NCBI GenBank assembly: GCA_946411475.1
Contig: CAMKED010000001.1
Location: 1-62,035 of the forward strand
Length of the DNA: 62,035 bases
Direction: 5' to 3'
Origin: an uncultured Clostridia bacterium
GTDB taxonomy: Bacteria; Bacillota; Clostridia; Oscillospirales; Oscillospiraceae
Shown piece by piece: positions 59,791 to 62,035 of the stretch. How positions within the stretch are numbered: the stretch's first letter is position 1; each line of letters begins with the position of its first letter. The notes beneath the pieces are model-generated. The model was not told the origin of the DNA. It worked only from the letters and a program-made list of their open reading frames with translations, and did no database searches. The translations under genes were made by a program, and so were the position numbers.

Positions 59791-60962
59791 TGATACCGGA
59801 TCTTGACCAGCTCGGTGTTCTCGATGGCGCGGGCGATCAGCCCCTCCACGTCGAGCTTCTGCTCGATGCGCTCCGCCTCGGCCAGCTTGGGCTTGGTCTT
59901 GGGGTGTTTGGGCGTGAAGACGGTGCAGCAGTCCTCGTAGGGGAGAATGGAGGTGTCCAGCGTGTCGATCCGCCGGGCAAGGACGACGATCTCCTCCTTG
60001 TCCATGCCAATGAGCGGGTGGAACACGGGCATGTCCACCACCGCGTGGGTCACGTTCATGGCCTGCATGGTCTGGGAGGCCACCTGACCCAGGTTTTCGC
60101 CGGTGACCAGGCACTCGCAGCCGTGATCCCGGGCAATGCGCTCGGCGATCCGCATCATGAACCTACGCATGATGATCGTGAAGTATTCCTCCGGGCAGTT
60201 GTCCCGGATGGCCTCCTGAATTTCGGTGAAGCCCACGATGTCCACGGTCATGCGGCCGCAGTAGCGTGCCATTTTCCGGGCCAGCTCCAGCACCTTGTCC
60301 TTGGCCAGCTCTGAGGTATAGGGGTAGGAGAAAAAGTGGATGGCCTCTAACTCCACGCCGCGCTTGGCGATCATGTAGCCCGCCACGGGAGAATCAATGC
60401 CGCCTGAGAGCAGAACTGCCGCCCGTCCGCCCACGCCGGTGGGCAGGCCGCCCGCGCCGGGCTCGGCCGGGCCGTGGACGTAGGCCGCAAAGTCGCGTAC
60501 CTCCACGTAGACCGTGTAATCCGGCTTGTGGACGTCCACCGGAACCTCGGGATAGGCTTCTGCCAGCCGTCCGCCGATGGTCTGAGAGATCTGGATGGAG
60601 TTGAGCGGAAAACGCTTGTCGGAGCGCTTGGACTCCACCTTGAAGGACTTGGCCGCCGCCAGATCGTCGCCCAGGTAGGCCACCACCGCGTCAAAAATCG
60701 CGTCCTCGCTTTTCTCGCAGGGACGGCAGCGGCAGAGGGAAATCGCACCGAAGATCGTGTGGCAGGCGTCCCAGGCCCCGTCCACGTCGCAGAGCTCGTT
60801 TTCCGGCTCCACGTAGACCGTGGACTGCAAAATCGTGACCTTGAAGTCCCCAAAGGGCCGCATCCGCCGCGCCACGTTGGTGCGCAGCTTGTTTTCAAAC
60901 ATCTTCTTGTTCGCGCCCTTGAGGACGATTTCTCCTAATTTCAGTAAAAAGATTTCGTTCAT
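59784..60962 (-). CDS. thiI: tRNA 4-thiouridine(8) synthase ThiI
   Basis: The internal ATG at 60962 follows aaggagaa. MNEIFLLKLGEIVLKGANKKMFE... is the THUMP-domain N-terminus, and LLSGGIDSPVAGYMIAKRG is the PP-loop. Confidence 0.9.
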   Translation of the reverse strand: MNEIFLLKLGEIVLKGANKKMFENKLRTNVARRMRPFGDFKVTILQSTVYVEPENELCDVDGAWDACHTIFGAISLCRCRPCEKSEDAIFDAVVAYLGDDLAAAKSFKVESKRSDKRFPLNSIQISQTIGGRLAEAYPEVPVDVHKPDYTVYVEVRDFAAYVHGPAEPGAGGLPTGVGGRAAVLLSGGIDSPVAGYMIAKRGVELEAIHFFSYPYTSELAKDKVLELARKMARYCGRMTVDIVGFTEIQEAIRDNCPEEYFTIIMRRFMMRIAERIARDHGCECLVTGENLGQVASQTMQAMNVTHAVVDMPVFHPLIGMDKEEIVVLARRIDTLDTSILPYEDCCTVFTPKHPKTKPKLAEAERIEQKLDVEGLIARAIENTELVKIRYQG

Positions 60963-60986
60963 GGGTATTCTCCTTGGTTCAAAATA

Positions 60987-61112
60987 GCCTTCCCCTTGAG
61001 GGGAAGGTGGCACGGCGAAGCCGTGACGGATGAGGTGGTGTTCCGCGTATACGGAAGGAAAAAGCAAAGCAGGCAGTTCGTTCCCGGCAAGCCTTCCCCT
61101 CAAGGGGAAGGC
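60987..61112. repeat. CCTTCCCC composite element plus a second CCTTCCCC hairpin
   Basis: GCCTTCCCCTTGAGGGGAAGG + TGGCACGGCGAAGCCGTGAC + GGATGAGGTGG spans 60987-61038. GCCTTCCCCTCAAGGGGAAGGC lies at 61091-61112. Confidence 0.9.
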
Positions 61113-61124
61113 TTTGGGGGAAGT

Positions 61125-62035
61125 TTAGTTTCGTCCGATTTTATAGGTGCGATATTGTATCGCTTCGGCGATATGCGCCACGCCGATTTGTTCCGCGCCT
61201 TCCAAGTCCGCAATCGTGCGGGCGACCTTCAAAATCCGGTCGTAGCTTCGGGCGGTCAACCCCATGGTATCAAAGGCCTCTTCCATGAGCTTCGCGCAGT
61301 CGTCATCCAGCACGCAAAGCTTGTGGAGCTGCTCCGGACGCATGCCGGCGTTGGAGACGGTATCTGTCCCGGCGAAGCGCCGGTGTTGGATGGCCCGGGC
61401 CGCGTTGACCCGCTCTCGGATCGCAGCGGAGGGCTCGCCCTCCCTGCGCCCTTGCAGCTCTTCAAAGCTGACGGCGGGCACCTCGATGATGATGTCGATC
61501 CGATCCAGCAGCGGGCCGGAAATGCGCCCCACGTAGTCCTGCACGGAGCGCTCCGAGCAGGTACAGCGCCCGGAGGGGTCCCCGTGCCAGCCGCAGCGGC
61601 AGGGGTTCATCGCGCAGACCAGCATGAATTGACAGGGGTAGGTTTCAGAGGCCATGGCCCGCGTGATCGTGACGATCCCGTCCTCCAAGGGCTGACGCAT
61701 GACCTCCATCGTCTCCTTGCGGAACTCGGGCAGCTCGTCCAGAAACAGCACGCCCCGGTGGGCCAGGGAGACCTCGCCCGGCTTTGGCACGGAACCGCCG
61801 CCTACCAGCCCCGGGGGCGTGACCGTGTGGTGCGGACTGCGGAAGGGACGCACCGTCACCAGTGGATTATCCGGATCGACGAGCCCCATGATCGAATGGA
61901 TCTGCGTGACCTCAAGTGCCTCGGAGCGAGTCATGTCGGGCAGGATGGAGGGCAGGCGCTTTGCCAGCATGGACTTGCCGGAGCCCGGAGGCCCGACCAT
62001 CAGCACGTTGTGGCCGCCCGCGGCGGCGATCTCCA
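61125..62035 (-). CDS. comM: Mg-chelatase-like AAA+ protein YifB/ComM (C-terminal part; 5' end outside window)
   Basis: The ORF stays open to the window edge. It shows ...[22 protein letters not shown]... and ...[11 protein letters not shown]......CPCG-type zinc motif ([15 protein letters not shown]). Confidence 0.9.
   Translation of the reverse strand, partial: EIAAAGGHNVLMVGPPGSGKSMLAKRLPSILPDMTRSEALEVTQIHSIMGLVDPDNPLVTVRPFRSPHHTVTPPGLVGGGSVPKPGEVSLAHRGVLFLDELPEFRKETMEVMRQPLEDGIVTITRAMASETYPCQFMLVCAMNPCRCGWHGDPSGRCTCSERSVQDYVGRISGPLLDRIDIIIEVPAVSFEELQGRREGEPSAAIRERVNAARAIQHRRFAGTDTVSNAGMRPEQLHKLCVLDDDCAKLMEEAFDTMGLTARSYDRILKVARTIADLEGAEQIGVAHIAEAIQYRTYKIGRN

Overview
This is a 62-kb chromosomal segment of a high-G+C Firmicute. 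Gram-positive style -35/-10 promoters, GGAGG ribosome-binding sites, a split transketolase, an ftsEX-M23-S41 cluster and a preQ1-I/queT unit suggest Clostridia, possibly Oscillospiraceae/Ruminococcaceae-like; the taxon is inference. I call 59 protein-coding genes, nearly all housekeeping or ordinary accessory functions. They include rplA, queT, mreB, comFC, recD2, a BlaI-type repressor with two M56 peptidases, ftsEX with two M23 peptidases and an S41 protease, greA, lysS, M3-like/M18/M28 peptidases, an OmpR/HK pair, split tkt, an LtaS-like gene, hemW, lepA, PadR/DUF2812, larBCE, cinA/pncC, thiI and comM. I saw no rRNA, tRNA, CRISPR array, transposase, integrase or recognisable defence gene. 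One riboswitch (preQ1-I) and several promoters, operators and intrinsic terminators can be read directly. The outstanding signal is a dense, modular repeat system rather than a gene cluster. Almost every intergenic spacer longer than about 60 bp is filled with mosaics of seven element types: (i) GTAG-headed GC-rich palindromes (REP-like, about four subfamilies, some as inverted REPIN-like doublets); (ii) a three-part element CCTTCCCC-hairpin / variable hairpin / GGATGAGGTGG; (iii) a ~90-nt element containing CCTCCCCTGCAAGCAGGGGAGG; (iv) ~95-nt GAAGTAT mini-hairpin modules that occur as large inverted doublets; (v) AT-rich hairpins with a conserved TGCC loop and covarying stems; (vi) a GTCATTCTGAGC...GAAGAATCC unit; (vii) 7-9-nt stutter tracts. 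These elements also sit in frame inside at least three ORFs (hutD-like, vanZ-like, larC) and supply the stop codon of about a dozen genes. Secondary points are a LysRS with a C-terminal tRNA-binding-domain fusion, a low-GC GNAT cassette flanked by a relic of the lysS 3' end, a 7-copy 34-bp tandem array in a divergent promoter region, and a small low-GC islet with two zinc-ribbon membrane proteins. All repeat counts were made by eye, and all homology calls come from recognising the translations, not from searches.
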